A stretch of 64,000 bases of DNA from Azolla caroliniana (Eukaryota; Plantae; Polypodiophyta): assembly GCA_043228905.1 (NCBI GenBank), contig JBHGNT010000011.1, forward strand, positions 20,088,001 to 20,152,000, read 5' to 3'. Every line of letters begins with the position of its first letter. Positions within the stretch are counted from its first letter, which is position 1. Both the position numbers and the translations under genes were made by a program. This document shows positions 26,901 to 41,500 of the stretch, piece after piece. The notes beneath the pieces were generated by a model. The model did no database searches and was not told the origin of the DNA. It was given only the letters and a program-made list of their open reading frames with translations.

Positions 26901-29900
26901 TTGAATTTTCACTCTCATACCCACATTTGTCTATCTACACCAAGTTGGTCCAAAGCTGAAATGCGATTGATCTTAATGCCTGGAACATACTCCATTGTAA
27001 GCACCTAAAAAAGAATGCCAATCCCATTTATAATCTCAAACAATAACAGACAATTCTAAGTAAACAATAGTTTGTGTATTGAATTACCTGTGGTGTTGTA
27101 AATTCCCAATATATTTTGGGAACCTTTACATAATCTAAGTCCTTAAAATTGTTTGCAAAACGTTCAGCATTGACAGCCTCCTTACTATAATCAATTTCCT
27201 GAAAGCCAAACAGTTTTACCACCAGATTACTTAAAGCATCAATTGTCCAGAAAGCACTCTGAGATATAAGACATTCATAGACAATTTCAGCATCCCAAAC
27301 ATATGCTCCAAATCACTATGTGCATTAGACCACGTAGTTTAATGTAGATTAATTATTTTTCATTTTCATGAAAAATGTAAATATGTTTAATGTTTTATAA
27401 ATAGTTTAATCGCGGATTAGAAAACAGTGTGCAATCAACGACACAAAAAAAGGCAAATTGCAATCATATGCTAGAAAAGGAGCAAGTAAAAGGAAAAATG
27501 TTATAAATGTAATGCAATTATAGGTTATAAGATCAAGGCCATATAACGTAAAGATGTAATAAATGGCGTTGATAGGTTACAAGATCAAAGCCACATGCTA
27601 GTTCCAGGAAAATATGGTCAAACTTATGCTTTGGTATTTTTATCCTCAGGAATTTCCCTACAAATCTTCCTTCTTTCCATGCACTATGAACTGACTTAAA
27701 ACTCTATGCTATTGAGTTTTGGACACTTCACCTGCTCTCTTTAGACATACATTTCTGCATACTATTTACTGTGGACATGATTCCTGATTTGTAACAAACA
27801 CTTGTTGTTGCTAGGTATATTCTTCACAAGAAACTAATGCCGTTGTGTGTATACAGTTGAGATCAGACACTTTGTTTGTGTCTTTTATGTCAAAATATTT
27901 TTAACAACAATATTTATGGCCCTCACGCACAGTGTAGATTTGGAACAACGATATTTTACAGCATCCTACTTATATCATCAGTGCCTGGGAGTAGGTGAAG
28001 CCTCAAGGTCCATAAGTAAGAGGAAGCTTTAAAAACTAACTACAATATGTAGGAGGACACATCTTTCACATAATATTTTCTTAAAATGTTACCTTTACCC
28101 AATCGCAAAGGAAACTTATTGGTGTCAAATCAAACCTGGTATAAAACAGAGGCACATTCATCATAAATCGCCACCCAATCTCGCTTTGCACCATCAGATT
28201 TTGGATCTAGCTTTTGCAAGTTTTCGGCAATGACCTGAGACAAACCCAGCAATAATTCTATAGGTTAAGTGTAAATAAAGATTACTTTCTAAATGCATGG
28301 TTTATGTGTATTTACCCTCAAATTTTTGAGGTCGATGTCAAAAAGATCTTTGAGTCCTGGACGTTGAACTTTGATTACAACTTCCTCACCTCTAAGTGTA
28401 GCTCGATGGACTTGACCTGACAATGAGTATTATATTAGGACATATCCATGAATAGCAATACCTATGAACATCTTGAACTGAAGACATGTGATACCAAGAC
28501 TAGCTGCAGCGATTGGATCTGGGTCAAACTGCTCAAAAATTTCTCCAATAGGAGCACCTAACTCCTCTTCCACAATTTTTAACGCAATTTCGGACTCAAA
28601 TGGAGGAACTTGATCCTAGAAATCCATTTGGAAAGTTGAGTTAGCCATTCAAAATGTGCCAACTTTTATGCTAAATGAAATTATCTCATATCAATCAAGC
28701 CCCATGAGAGGCAATTGATTCTAGAAGTTCACTTGGAAATTCTAAAAATCAACGTAACTCAATAGGCACTTCATCCTAGAAATTCATTTGAAATGTCTAT
28801 TAACAATACAAAGAGCATCAATTTTACTAGTTGCTTTTTGACTTCAAAGAACGAGGGTGCCAGTTGACACTAGAAACTCATTTGAAAAGTCTGTGAACAT
28901 TAGAGAATATCAACTATACTTAATTTTCTAGCATCAATCAAACTTCAAAGGACAAGGGCTGCAAATGGTCCTAGAAAATCATTTAAGTCGATATTAGCAA
29001 TGATGAATTCCAAAGAACATGGGAGGCATTTGATACTAGATATTCATTTCAAAAGTATATCAGCATTCTCAAACATCGACTATAATAATTTTTCGTATCA
29101 ATCATGTCCTTGAAAGGCTCATTCAATGTTCAGCATTCACATACAATGACTATATTAATTTTTTCACATCAATCAAACCCAAAGACCATGTCCTTCGAAA
29201 GTTCCATTCAACATTCAAAACGTCAACTAAATTGAGCTCCACAGATATGCATGATCTTAGATTAAAAAGGAGGGATCTATGTCACAAGAGAATGTTGAAG
29301 AGCAAATGGGAGACATATCTAGGAATGAGCAAACCTGAAGTTCTGCAAGTTGATCAACATATTCTTGAGCAAGAATATCTACTCGGGTGGAAAATTGCTG
29401 GCCAATCTTTATAAAAGTTGGCCCCAGCCTCAACAGACCTTCCTTCAACCATTTAGCCAGCTTCTTTCTCTTCTCTTTCTTTTTCTCTTCAGTTATTCCT
29501 CCTATTGACAAGAATGTAAATGAACAGGAAAATAAACATTGCAATATATGACCTAAAGCATAAATTCTCGTCAGATTATAGATAGCAGACCTTTATATGC
29601 AAACTTCTGATTTATGATCCATGCCTTCAGAAGGAAAGTAGCTACAAAGAACCATATTTCACATGATCTTTGGATTGTTGAGTATGTCTTAAACTGATTC
29701 CACCGACCACCAGGAGCAACAGAAACCTGGACCATGAAAGATAATCAACTAAAATGGTTAATTATATTTGGAAAGCACATCTATTTTGAAGAACATGGCT
29801 CATCTTTTCTGATAAAAAGGATGGTTTTGTGAAATTAACTGAATGAATATACCTGAACTTTGTCCTTCTCTGCTCGTTTGAACCATGGCTCCTCTTGTCC

Positions 29901-30485
29901 AATGGACTCTACTTTCTGCTTTCCATTCCTCTCCTTCTGTGTCGCTTTCTCTTTCTTCTCCTTCTCCACAGAAGAATAAAGTTGAAGAGCTGTATTAGCC
30001 TTTTCTTCTTTATTTGACCGGAATGTCTGATCCATATCCACAGATATAGAAGGAGAAGAAGAAGCAACAGATTCTGCACTATTTTTAGTGAAAACCCCTA
30101 TGGAAGAAGTTCCATTAGCTGTGGAACGTTGATTAAAAGGTTCCTCTTTAGTTTCGTACGCTCCATTAGAGTCTCCATCCCTTCTATTGTCAGAAACATA
30201 CACAGTTGCAATGGCGCCGTTCTCTGTGTTTTCTGCAGAGATCCTAGCTATGGTAAACTTCCTATTCTTTCTCAGCCTCCATCCCCCAACCTTTGAACAA
30301 GAAATTCTTGAGCTTTTCAAAGAACGTGGTGATGTCAATCCGAACGACGCCATGACTGGAGCTGGAACTATAGAGAGGCGGTGGAGAAGCAGAGAATTGA
30401 CACCATGTGAGCTTGGCAGAAAGGCCATTGAAGAAGAAGGAGAAGAATCCGAACACAGACACGCAGAGATGGTAGAAGAAGCCAT
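23901..30485 (-). CDS. ABC1K8: Chloroplast ABC1 atypical kinase 8 (OSA1), about 20 exons
   Basis: Ser-rich transit peptide; [29 protein letters not shown]; [21 protein letters not shown]; GFFHADPHPGN; FYDFGMMG; C-terminal [24 protein letters not shown]. Exons include 30485-29853, 29726-29591, 29501-29335, 28615-28495, 28416-28316, 28234-28136, 27198-27088 ... 24410-24351 and about 24017-23901. Confidence 0.95.
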
Positions 30486-30487
30486 AG

Positions 30488-30732
30488 CTGCAAGGTTGCT
30501 ACGAAAATTACGGAAGTGGAAGAGGATGAGTCATGCAATGGCGAATCTCTATGGAATGGAAGATTAAAAAGATATCGAAAAAGGAGAAGTAGAATAATAT
30601 CTGAAAGAGCCGGAAAGAAAATGATACCCGCAAACCCTAACCCTAAAACTACAGTAAGCGTCTCTAGGACGTGCGCAGAATCTGGATCGAAGCTGAGAGG
30701 AAGAGCTCCGCAAACCCTAACCCTAACCTTAC
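30488..30732 (-). other. Probable 5'-UTR intron of ABC1K8 containing telo-box-like repeats
   Basis: Minus-strand donor GTAAGG at 30732 and acceptor TTGCAG 2 nt before the ATG. AAACCCTAACCCTAA at about 30632 and 30712. Confidence 0.6.
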
Positions 30733-30868
30733 GCAGAATGTTGATCGAAGCTCAGAAGGAAGGGGGCGGGGTTCAGCAAAACTCTAGCCTTAAAGCCGTA
30801 ACTGTGATGTGCGCAGCAGCAGCAGAAGGCTGAGGCAGGCTGCTTCTTCTTCACATACACACGACGAC

Positions 30869-31004
30869 CCACGTGGAGATGACGTGTCGCTGCACTCGCC
30901 CGCGTGGCTGGGGGATGCCGCCCACGTGGCGAAGATCAGGTTGGGAGGATTGGGGGCTGCTGACGTGTCTGAATGGCATGCACCGTTGTGGATGCCACGT
31001 GGCA
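30869..31004. promoter_or_regulatory. G-box/ABRE cluster in the ABC1K8 promoter
   Basis: CCACGTGG (30869), GACGTGTC (30881), CGCGTGGC (30901), CCACGTGGC (30922), GACGTGTC (30962) and palindromic TGCCACGTGGCA (30993) within a 136-bp GC-rich island. Confidence 0.75.
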
Positions 31005-33562
31005 GCCTCACATTCACAAGTTTTTCTCTTTGTTTTTTTGGCTTTTTTTTTGTTTTTGTGGGGTGGGGTTTCTCTTGAGGTGTGAGGGGTACACAAGGAA
31101 TCCTCCTCCATTTTCATTGGCTCAAAGCAGGTGAAGAAGTTAAAAGTACATACATACATATTGATATATCATGATTCATATATGTATATGTAAATGGAAG
31201 CCTTTGCAGTTTGCTTTGCACTACCATCAACATGGCTTCCTTCCTGTTATCTCTTGGGGTTGGGTCCCAGTTCATTTTGAACACTCTCCCCATGTCAATA
31301 TGTATGTATGTATATGATAATGCATTACGATATAATATGGCACATGTTGTAGCTCTAAACCAATGAATCGACTCGCCCACACGTAACATTTTCATGAACC
31401 GCCCCCATTCACTTGACAATGAAATCCGCCTCCCCCATTGGCTACCATGCCCTACCTTTCCACACACACACACACACACTCTCTCTCTCTCAACGTTTAC
31501 ATTTATAACCTTTCAAGATTATATTCGTGTTAAAGGCGTTATGCATGAGAATGAAAAACGTGAGGTTTCAATCCTCCTTTGTTGCCACCTAGATTGGCGT
31601 TCATGCATTATTATGTATCCTGGATGCCATTTATCATGTAAAGCGAAGGGATTTCATGCTCTCCTCGAAGGATGCCCACTATCATCATCAAGTCGTGAAC
31701 AATCTCATTCCTTGGCTTACCATTCTCAAAAATCTCAAGAAAAGTAAATGTTCTATTTGCCAAGAAGTTTGGGTTAGATGAAACTGTGCCATTTGATATT
31801 GCATGATTTGCCATATTTTGAATACCCTAGGTTCATGTAAAATGAATTTGAATAGAATAACAACAAAACTAACATGTAAAAATATAGCAAATTTGCAAAA
31901 TATTTTAATTTCTTAAATTTAAATTTAGATCATAATCAAACAAAAAACTTACAAGAAACTACAACTGATATGTTGTTGACAACAATGGTTGTGTCAACGA
32001 AACTTTAATAAGGATCATAGACCAATCGTTTTTGTATAATAATAGTGCTACGCACTAGAATTTGGCAAAACACTCCATGGTTACTGATATTTAGATATTG
32101 AATACTTATATGAATGCAATGTTCGTTTCTTATCTTTTATCTATAACAAGCAAAGCGAGCATTTTCTTTTAGAAAACGAAACATACTATTAGGGATAAAT
32201 TATAATAATGATCCTACCCTTAATATTTGCAGAAGTCTCACTTTGTGCCCTTTGCAAAGTCATAAATTTATCACATCGTCAAATTTATATTTGAATGCAT
32301 TGCAAAATCATTCCCCCAAGATTACATCATTCATTAAGAGGGATGCACTAATAAGAATGCTTATTAGCATTTTTATGTTGTGGTTCGCATTGTTATCAAC
32401 ATATATAATTATTGTTTGTCATAGATATTAGCATTAGTATTCGTTATCTTAGCTTAAGAACCCAATGTTCGAGAGCTAACTTGCATTCTCAACCATGTTA
32501 ATTACATTATCTCGATAAACATGGCAATTATATTGCAAAAGGACAACTACTATAACTAATGCATCCAAATAAATCTCTCCAATTGACTCAAGGTATTTTC
32601 TTTTACCTTGGAATATTTATTACTTAGAAATCATATAATTATATAGAAAATGTTCATTATATGAAAATTAATCCAACTCATCCTCAACCATTATTCTTAC
32701 CCTCCCACCCAAAGCCACGTTTGATGATTATAATAAAGCATGCCATACTAATCCAACCAACAACATTTCCGATGTCCCCACTTGGGTGGTACCTTCAACC
32801 AGAGAGACAAGCACACAATCATAGTTGACTCTAGATCACCATGCAAACATGTAATGCACATACAGATGCTAGCCACAAGCCTACAAGTTATGGATGAATT
32901 TTGACAACTATACAAAGGACTAATTGAAAGCAATCCCACGTGTAAAGTTCCTAATTTAAATTATACCTTCTTTTCATCCCCATGCTTCTTAGAACAAATC
33001 GATACACAAAATAATCTTCTCCAAAAATATAACTTTATATCTCTTCTCAATATCCAATTTGATTAGGATGGAGCCAAACTGAAAGTTACATATTATAAGA
33101 AATTATAAGATATTGGCTAAATCAGGTTTATGCATGATTCGCAGTGCTGTAAATAAACCTCACCCCATTAGCACATTATCTTCTTGTAATGGATTCACCT
33201 CAGTTTAGCTACCTGATGTGACAAATTGTACAGACAATGAGCATTTTATGAAACTCGTTGAACATAGTCTCAGAAAAATGCTACCGACCTTTTTCATTTA
33301 CAAAATCATCAAGGAACACCATACAGAGAAACTACAAACAATACAAGAATGAGTAAAAACGTCAAAACTCTAATCATGAAAGAAATAAAGGGTTTTATAT
33401 ATATTAGACCACCTTCACAATAATCCAGTAGGTCACGTTATCACCACATTGAATCCACTGTAAAGGCAATATTCAACATGAAGAGACACAAAGGAAATGC
33501 TTGATTATATCACTATGCTTATTCGCTCACCAAATCATGATAAAGAGAAAACACATCTAGAA

Positions 33563-33645
33563 CTTCACTATGAGCATATAAAGCACTTCATTATGAGCAT
33601 ATAAAGCATTTCACTATGAGCATATAAAGCATTTCACTATGAGCA
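33563..33645. repeat. 23-bp minisatellite, about 3.6 copies
   Basis: (C/T)TTCA(C/T)TATGAGCATATAAAGCA repeated, downstream of the DUF1296 gene stop. Confidence 0.9.
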
Positions 33646-34035
33646 ATCAATGCGAACAGCAAATGAAAAATTCAAACTAATTACATTAGTTCCAAATTGG
33701 GACATCGTGTTCATAAAAACAATACCACATAACACAAATGCACTTTCTTCTTTCTTTTTACTTAATGAAATATAGCTATATATCTGGAAAACCCTGTAAT
33801 AATTAAGCCGCAATAGCAAGTATAATACAAAGGCTCAAAAAAGTTCAAAGTTCAAAGTTCGAACAGTTGGCCGAATACAATAATACTTCATGTTAATCAA
33901 CTAACACGAATCATCTTCAAGAAAGAGCATGCGCACGTGTGCCACACACAAGAAACTGAAAATTTAAATCAGCAATAACTATATTTAATAGAAGGGCTAG
34001 CAAAATCTCCATACCAGGAAAAAGGCTCCTAAAAC

Positions 34036-37000
34036 TCAGTAGCCATTCAGATTCGGCCACGTTGTGTGTGCCCTTTGTTGGGCTTGTCCGCTTTGAGTGC
34101 GCAAAGTACCTAATTGTTGATGTTGTTGAAGAAGCAGTTGTTGCTGTAATGTTGAGTTAGAACTAGATTGTTGGGTTTGGTATAAATTACAATATGGGGC
34201 CGCTGGATAAGCATTACTCAGAAGTGATTGGCCTAAAGGAGCCAATACGTGTTGTTGAAGCAATTGCTGGACAGTTGAGCTAGATTCAGATTGTTCATGT
34301 TGAGAATGATATGGATAATTATACAGAGCAGGCTGATGATGACCATTATTTGCAAGCATTGATGATTGTGCTTGCACATACCTTAGCTGCTGGTTTTGAC
34401 TAGCTGCCAAATTATAATACAAGTTATTATTGCCTTGCCCCTCTCGAGTCAATTGGTTCTGAAGCCAAACGGATGATCCTTCCATCTGAAAAAATAAATA
34501 AAAATTGTAATTTAAACAACCAATTTTATTGTTAAGGGGGCATTAATTATAACAGCATATACCCGTTGGCTGGGATTCTGTACATTGCAGATATCCTTGA
34601 ACTGCTGAGGTACGGTGTCTTCAAAACTCGTGGCATTTCCTGTTGTAACAGATGGATTACCAGGAAAAGATTCTGCTTGAGGATTTGAATACCCTACTCC
34701 ATATCCAAAACCTCCTGGTACAATCATGTTGTTAACTCCAGTGGCCTTATTATTCATCTTGCTGCTGTACTGCGTAAGAGAATACTTCATTCCTGCATCA
34801 CTGATAGTTGGAGTGGGAACCTGATAGTTTCCCACACCCATACAGTTATGTTGATATGGACTCTGTAAATAAGAGAATCCTGATGCCATGTATTGGTAGT
34901 CGAACGCATTTGCATAAGGCCCCAATGGCTGCGTTGTTGCATGTGCCAGAATTGAAGGGGAATGTTCAAGTGCTGCTTCTGCTGCTGAAGGAATAAAATC
35001 TACAGTAGATGCAGTATTACCCCCACCCATTATGTTTGAGATTGGAACTGTAACATCATTGTTGACCTGAAATTCGTGAATACAGATTCAAAAGATAAAC
35101 AAAAAAATCACAGGGCTGAAATCAGTTACATGAAATAAACAAAAATAACAAGAATCTAAGACTGAAATCAGTTACAGCATGAAGGATTTACTTCTCGAGA
35201 AATAGTATTTAACCCGCTAGCTTCAGCATGCCCATTGATTGAATCCACCTTATGAAAGGCACCCCCTTGCAAGAAGGAAGAGTACCTAGCATCCATATCA
35301 GAGTCTTGTGGAAAGACACCACTATAATAAGTAGAACCATCCACAAGTTGCTGCATCAGAATAAAATAAAGAGCAATTTAGAGATTTTTTCTTCTCTAAC
35401 TGGGGTGGAATGCCATTTCAGCCAAGGATAGGGTCAGGTGTTGAACCCTAACCTAAGGCTAACAGGGCAACAGCCAAATCCCAGGCCCTATAATGTATGA
35501 CGTACAATAGCAAAAATATCAACCAACTCTACCATTGATGTACTGTTTTCTAATGGGCTGGATTTTGCTGTATATTTGTTTTCATCATTTGAAGTGATAA
35601 TATGAACCTCAGGAAAACTCTCTGGACATGATGTGATTGAAGCTTTCTCAGATAATACTTCTTCTGTGGTATCACTACTATCTGTCGTCAGTTCATTCTT
35701 CTGTAGAAGAGTTCCCGATCCAATTTGGTGCTCTTGATCCAAGTTGTCAGTTGTACTTGTGCTTGTCCAACTGCAAAGCAAAAGTTCTACCTATCAAATT
35801 ATTGCAACACATTTTTACTCAGTAATATATGCAGCAAAGCATGGAAAATTATGTAGTGCATTTATAATGTCTATATATTTACTCCCATGCAAAACTATAA
35901 AAGCCAAATTAATTTTAGCATAGTTGGCCTATGGAAACATTCCGTGCTAACTAAAATGAATTATCTTATTAAAATCATTATCATATATTGTGACATATGC
36001 GTATAAACCAACGGTTTATGAATTCACATCAATGGCAAGTACTGTACAATAATATATATATATATATATATATCCACAACTACATGACAACGTGAAAGCA
36101 ATGTAATGTATAGTTATATGAGAAGGTTTACAAAGAATGGGTATTCCAGAAGACTTTGGACTCCTGAGAAATGATGCAAAGAAGTTCTTGTGAGGGGATG
36201 CTTCCCTAGGTCCAAATCCTTTTCACAGAGTCATAGTTGGAGAGCTTCCTGTGGACGTTCTGAGTAAGTGAAATTAATCTATCAATCTCTTTGAACGGAC
36301 AAACTGACCTACAAGGTCAATGGACCTACATCCAGGTGCAGTCCAATATGATGTATGATACCAAGGAAGAAAAGGAACTCTTATCTAATGTAAAACGAGT
36401 AGAGAATGAATGGATAATACATTAGTAGTGAAATTAAACGCTGAAACCCATGGAAAATATTGTTCCTTACATTAATAGAAAGGTAAGCACTATAGGAAAT
36501 GCGTTCTATGGAGTCGTATAATTACTCAAAGTCTAGAACATCTATAAGAAAAAGAAAGATGTTTCATCTTCTCACTAGAAGAAAAATATTTTTAATTCAA
36601 TCAAATACTAAAACTTATCAAGACAATTACCAACCTTACAGCTTCACACTTGGTGGTAAACAATAAGCCATCTTTGGTGACACCTTCACTAACTGGGAAA
36701 TGAATGGCCTCTTCAGTGCTGAATCCTGCAGCACTGTTTTCAAAACCCGCATCAAAGCTCCCAAAACTCAACATGGGGCAGTCAGCCTCCTGAATCCTGA
36801 TATGTTCAGGAATTATTACTGAATGTTTATCATGTAGATTAAGTTGGTTCAGTTTTGAAGTAGCAACAGAAAGAATTCCAATATCCCTAGAATGTGGAGA
36901 ATGGTTGGCCAAGGAAAGATCCTCTTGTGAATGGGCACAATCACTCTTTGAATCTGTCCAGAAAAAGACATAAAAATTCAACAAAGAAGAATTGAGACTG

Positions 37001-39408
37001 TTTAATACATATATTGATGGTCATCTCAAGGTCATCCATGTCCTTGAAAAGAAGAGAAGAGGGTAGTAACCTTTTTTTGTTTCCATTGAGCGATTTATTT
37101 GATAAAGGGAAGCTGTGGTATGCTCAGTAACAATGACTGGCAATCTCTGCACCTCAGCAATCCCTGTCAAATACCTTTCATTATTACTCAAGTCTGGAAT
37201 TTGTTCTCTGGACTCTGAATGTGTCGTATTGGTGGGTGGCAGTGGTAATACAACTGCATCTCTTTCCAAGGAAAAGGGTGAAATTCTTATATTTTCATGA
37301 GTGTGCTCCACTAAATTACTCTCATGATATCCCATCGATGATCTATCTGTAGTATTACTTTCTTCTTTGACCACACTTGAATAACTTTGTGGAAAACTAC
37401 CCATAGATGAGTTAAAGGCAGGATTCATCAGAGATGGACTCACATTTTGTCCTGAATGCTGCTCTAAGCTCGTAGGATCTATCATGGCACTAATGGTTTC
37501 TTGGGGGGTCAACATGGGCTTTTGTCTATCTGGTATAATACTCATTTTCAACATTTCAGCTAGAGTACCACGATCCGATCCCACACGCCATGCACCCTGA
37601 AGCACAGATGAATGCCCAGATACTGGTCCCACTGCACATATTTCCTCAATATTAACTGAGGCTTCTGATCGTCTATTTGTATCTTGGATAGGTAATAAAC
37701 TTTTGCTGCTGAAATGGAGCATTCAGATAGTAAGTATGGTTGACAATATTGATACGGGATATTTGCAGGTAAAATAAATAAAATTAGGTGGTAAACTAGA
37801 AAAACACACTTACAAAGCTGAATCTTGACCCAGTTGAGAATAAGACAAATTCCCCCCCAATACTGGGATTGAAGCCTTGGTACTGAAAACTGCTCCATTT
37901 TCCATCTTGTTTCGAACACCAAATTGTTCTAGAATTATAGACATGTTTAAAAGCACATACTACAATTAGATACAATGAGGTAAGCTAAAAGGACAGAAAT
38001 GATGAAGAAACAAAATACAAAAATAAAACGTGCACCACTTGTATTTCTTCTCAATGATGAATTCCCTTTCCCAGTCCCTTGGTTGTCAGGGGCTCCAGAA
38101 CTTCTTTTACTTCTGCCAAAATTTCCAGCACCACCAGATAACTGACATTCTGAAGCATTCTTAACATTTCCAGAGTTCTGCAAAAGCTCTTTAATTGAGA
38201 TCAAATAGAGTTTCTCATTAACTCTTGGCATATTTTATGATTTTCAATTACAGAAATAGGATATACCTCCTTCTTTTTCTCTCGCCTCCGCTTTACAATA
38301 TGAAATTTATCTGGGCAATTCATGCATACAATTAAGCATTACAATTAAATTATATGGAAAAAAACGAGTACTTTATGTAAGCATTTATGGTATATAATGC
38401 CATAGAGCGACAGAAACGTATCAGCTTGCATTATTATGCTAAATTTGATGATGTTCCCTCACAATTCAGGTCCCAAAAAGGTCTCTCAAAAATACTTTTA
38501 GGCATTCAAATGTGGAACAAAATTTGACACCCAAGGGTTAAGCAACGAATCCACAATTGCATCTCTACTTCAAAAGGTTTTAGCCCAAGGTACCCAGTTA
38601 TATTTCTGATGGCACTAACACCACTTTAAGTAGCAAAGATTGCATGAAACCGTTCTATGGAAAACATTCATAAAGTTCCATCATTGCACATGTTTTCATA
38701 ATACATAATTCTATTGAATAAGAAGATCTGGTGCAGTACCATTGTCTATACATGCAATCTTCCATCGCATACATATCTTTACTATCCCACATATGAACGA
38801 GAAATTTTGGCATACTATCATATGTACATAAACTCTTTTAATGCATACTCTCAATCACAATGAGAAACATTAAAGAGTCACATCAATACAAAATGTATTC
38901 CTAATGTTTGATATCCCAAAAAAGAAACCCTGTTTGATTGTAGAATTATTCCATCTGTGTCTTGATAATATACTTTCATAGTGTTTTTCATACATACATA
39001 GCTTCATTTGTTGTATGATTACATACGTACCATCCAAATGTGTTTTGCCAATATACTTTCATGGGTGTTCAACTACATACATGCTTCGTGCATGTGTTCT
39101 ACCAACATACTTACATCCTACATGTGTTTTGCCTACATACATACCTCTCACATGTATTCTTCCTACAGACATACATTGCATGTGTATGTTTCATACATGT
39201 GCGTATGTTTTCCTCCGGCACGTACACGAAATACAATTTACTCCTACATACCTTCTTTGAGAAGCCGTTGTACTGTTTCATCAGGATCTTTATTGCATTC
39301 TTTGAGCATTGCATATATTTCCTCTTCGGTGTGTGGAACAACCTCTTTGAGGCTAGAGACGAGCTTCAAGTCTCCGGACAGTATTGTTGATACTTTGCGA
39401 CCACCCAT
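34036..39408 (-). CDS. GBF-interacting protein 1-like (DUF1296, UBA-like N-terminus) with Q-rich C-terminus
   Basis: N-terminus MGGRK..LVSSLKEVVPHTEEEIYAMLKECNKDPDETVQRLLKE|DKFHIVKRRREKKKE; internal VIIPEHI..LSFGSF motif; Q/Y-rich tail. Exons about 39408-39252, 38311-38268, 38178-38036, 37725-37071, 36953-36636, 35771-35527, 35355-35191, 35066-34563 and 34485-34036. Confidence 0.85.
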
Positions 39409-40079
39409 AGAAAAATACGTGCTTCTTTTGCTCTTCTGCTGTAAAGACGGTGTACTATAATTTCCACAAAACAACTTCAAGGAGAAGCTAGTTATACAGC
39501 GGCCTCCTTCCCATTCACAAAAACCTGAAGAAAAAGAAGAAGAAACTGAGTTCAAAGACTGGCAAATAATTTATTACAAAAACAGAGTGCAGTAAAATAC
39601 AAGTTCCTGAACTGAAAACAGGAGATATAACACAAGACTTATTTTCTTCCTAAAAACAATTAGACGAATTTAGAGAGAAATGTCATGAAATAAACCACAA
39701 ACGAAGGGCTTGAGGGGCAAACAGAGCATTTGGTTTTGGGGGGGGGGGGCAAGGGCATGAGTAAGAAGGATGTAAAAGAAAACCTGAGAAGGCTCTTGGC
39801 GATGGAAGGAGCAGAAGAAGAAGAAGAAGAAGAAGAAACAGAGAGGTTTGTTTGACCAAAACTCGAGGCTGATAAAAATGGCGGGAGAAAAGCTAAGACA
39901 GTCATGTATGTATGTATGTATGTATGTAGTTGGCCCGGCTGTGTTTATGTATACTGTATCAATATGGATGGGATGGCCTCAGGGATGGCCTCATTTTAAT
40001 TTTTGAACACCCTCATGACACATTCATTCTAACACCATCGGCCACTCTCCACAGCCATCATCTGTGAGCTACATTCGGG

Positions 40080-41500
40080 TAATACCCTCGTGGTAAGCTA
40101 GGCTTTTACTACGTTAGACTAGACTCCAAGTTTAGAGAGCCTACTTTCAAGTAAACTCATGACCGTTGTACCATGGAATGAGCTTTTGGCAAAGAATGGT
40201 AGAGATCGGAATGTCATTGGAGTATACAACAATCGCAACACAATGGTATGATCAAGTTTGATGCTCATTGAAAATGGATATTGGTTTCTTGAAGTAGTTC
40301 TTCAGCAACATTTGTGTTACGCCAAGGTGTCCACTCCCTTGCACACTCTTTCGTCCATGCATTGATAAACTAGGAGAAATAGGAAACAAGGTTGCAAAAG
40401 AGAGAAAGATTAGATGACCCAAAAATCAAGCAATGGTTTATTCTTATGCAACAATATGTTGATGACGTTGTGTTATTCTCATATACTTTAAATGATATGC
40501 AACACTTAATGTATTGGAAACATTCTGACAATCATTGGGCTAACTATTAACGTGGACAAAACAAAAATGATAGCAATACAAGTGAGACACCATCCTACTT
40601 TTACATACTAGGGAGAACCAATACAACTTATACAAAGCTTCAAAAATATTGGTATTAACATTCCATCAATAAATAGGTGGAATGTATGTTACAATCCTAG
40701 ACTTCAAGCAAGTTGGAATAGTTATTATACATTCAAGAATCAATGCAACCAAAATGATATTGGAAGATGGGAAGTGAGGTTGATGATATTCAATGTTATT
40801 TTGGTTCAAGTATTGTGTTATGGAGTGAAGTGTGGGGTACCACTATCGAACTCAATGTATAAAGTGAAATATAGGATAATTGAAATTTTGTGCTTACATG
40901 GATTGGCGTTTAAATGCGCAACATCCTAACAAATTGGGCCATACACATGGTAGCCATACAAAGAGTATATAAGCATATCACAGAAGTCAAGAATAAGTCC
41001 CGTAACAAATTGCTTACACATGCTTTGAACATATTATGTATAGCACAAAAAATTATGAGAGCAAAAACCTTTTATCGAATAAGGTGTTTGACATTATAAA
41101 ATGTTTTACATAGGGATTAGAAGATCTATTGGGGCTTTGAGGTGATGCTATTATGCATGTGCTAATCGAGGATACATTACTAGAGGCACTAAATATGAAG
41201 TGGCAAGATGTTGTGTCAAAATTGGAATGTAGATGTTAACCCTCAATATTGACCTCGATTCAAGTTTAAAAATGCCAAAATGTATCCAACCACATCTCAC
41301 TACCCCATGATCCTTGGCTCTTGAAGAGCCTTCATACTACTTGGAAGTTACTCTCAATGAGGCATTGAGGTTGCATTATTGCATCATCAACTGAGTACAA
41401 AGATATACAAGTTATGCATTACTTACTTTCGCATGCTCAACATATGAGATCATTGAAGAGAAGTACATTGATAATGTAAGTGTACTTTTCACGAAGTATG
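40080..41500 (+). mobile_element. Degenerate non-LTR (LINE) retrotransposon 3' portion
   Basis: RT YVDDVVLFS at about 40455-40481, LTINVDKTKM, FK(Y)IGI-like segments, then VLCYGV-VWG. Similar to 44240-45950. Confidence 0.7.

Noticed and set aside
30187-31159. Several ORFs over ABC1K8 exon 1 and promoter
   Set aside because: Explained by antisense coding sequence and the GC-rich promoter; no homology or splice support.
33563-33645. CRISPR-like array
   Set aside because: Repeats are head-to-tail with no spacers, the context is eukaryotic, and there are no cas genes; this is a minisatellite.
30869-39408. Functional link between the G-box array and the adjacent GBF-interacting-protein-like gene
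   Set aside because: Adjacency only; the array is 3' of that gene and proximity implies no mechanism.
39008-39460. Plus-strand ORFs of 116-150 aa
   Set aside because: Low-complexity CATA/TATG-rich intron sequence and the antisense of the DUF1296 exon.
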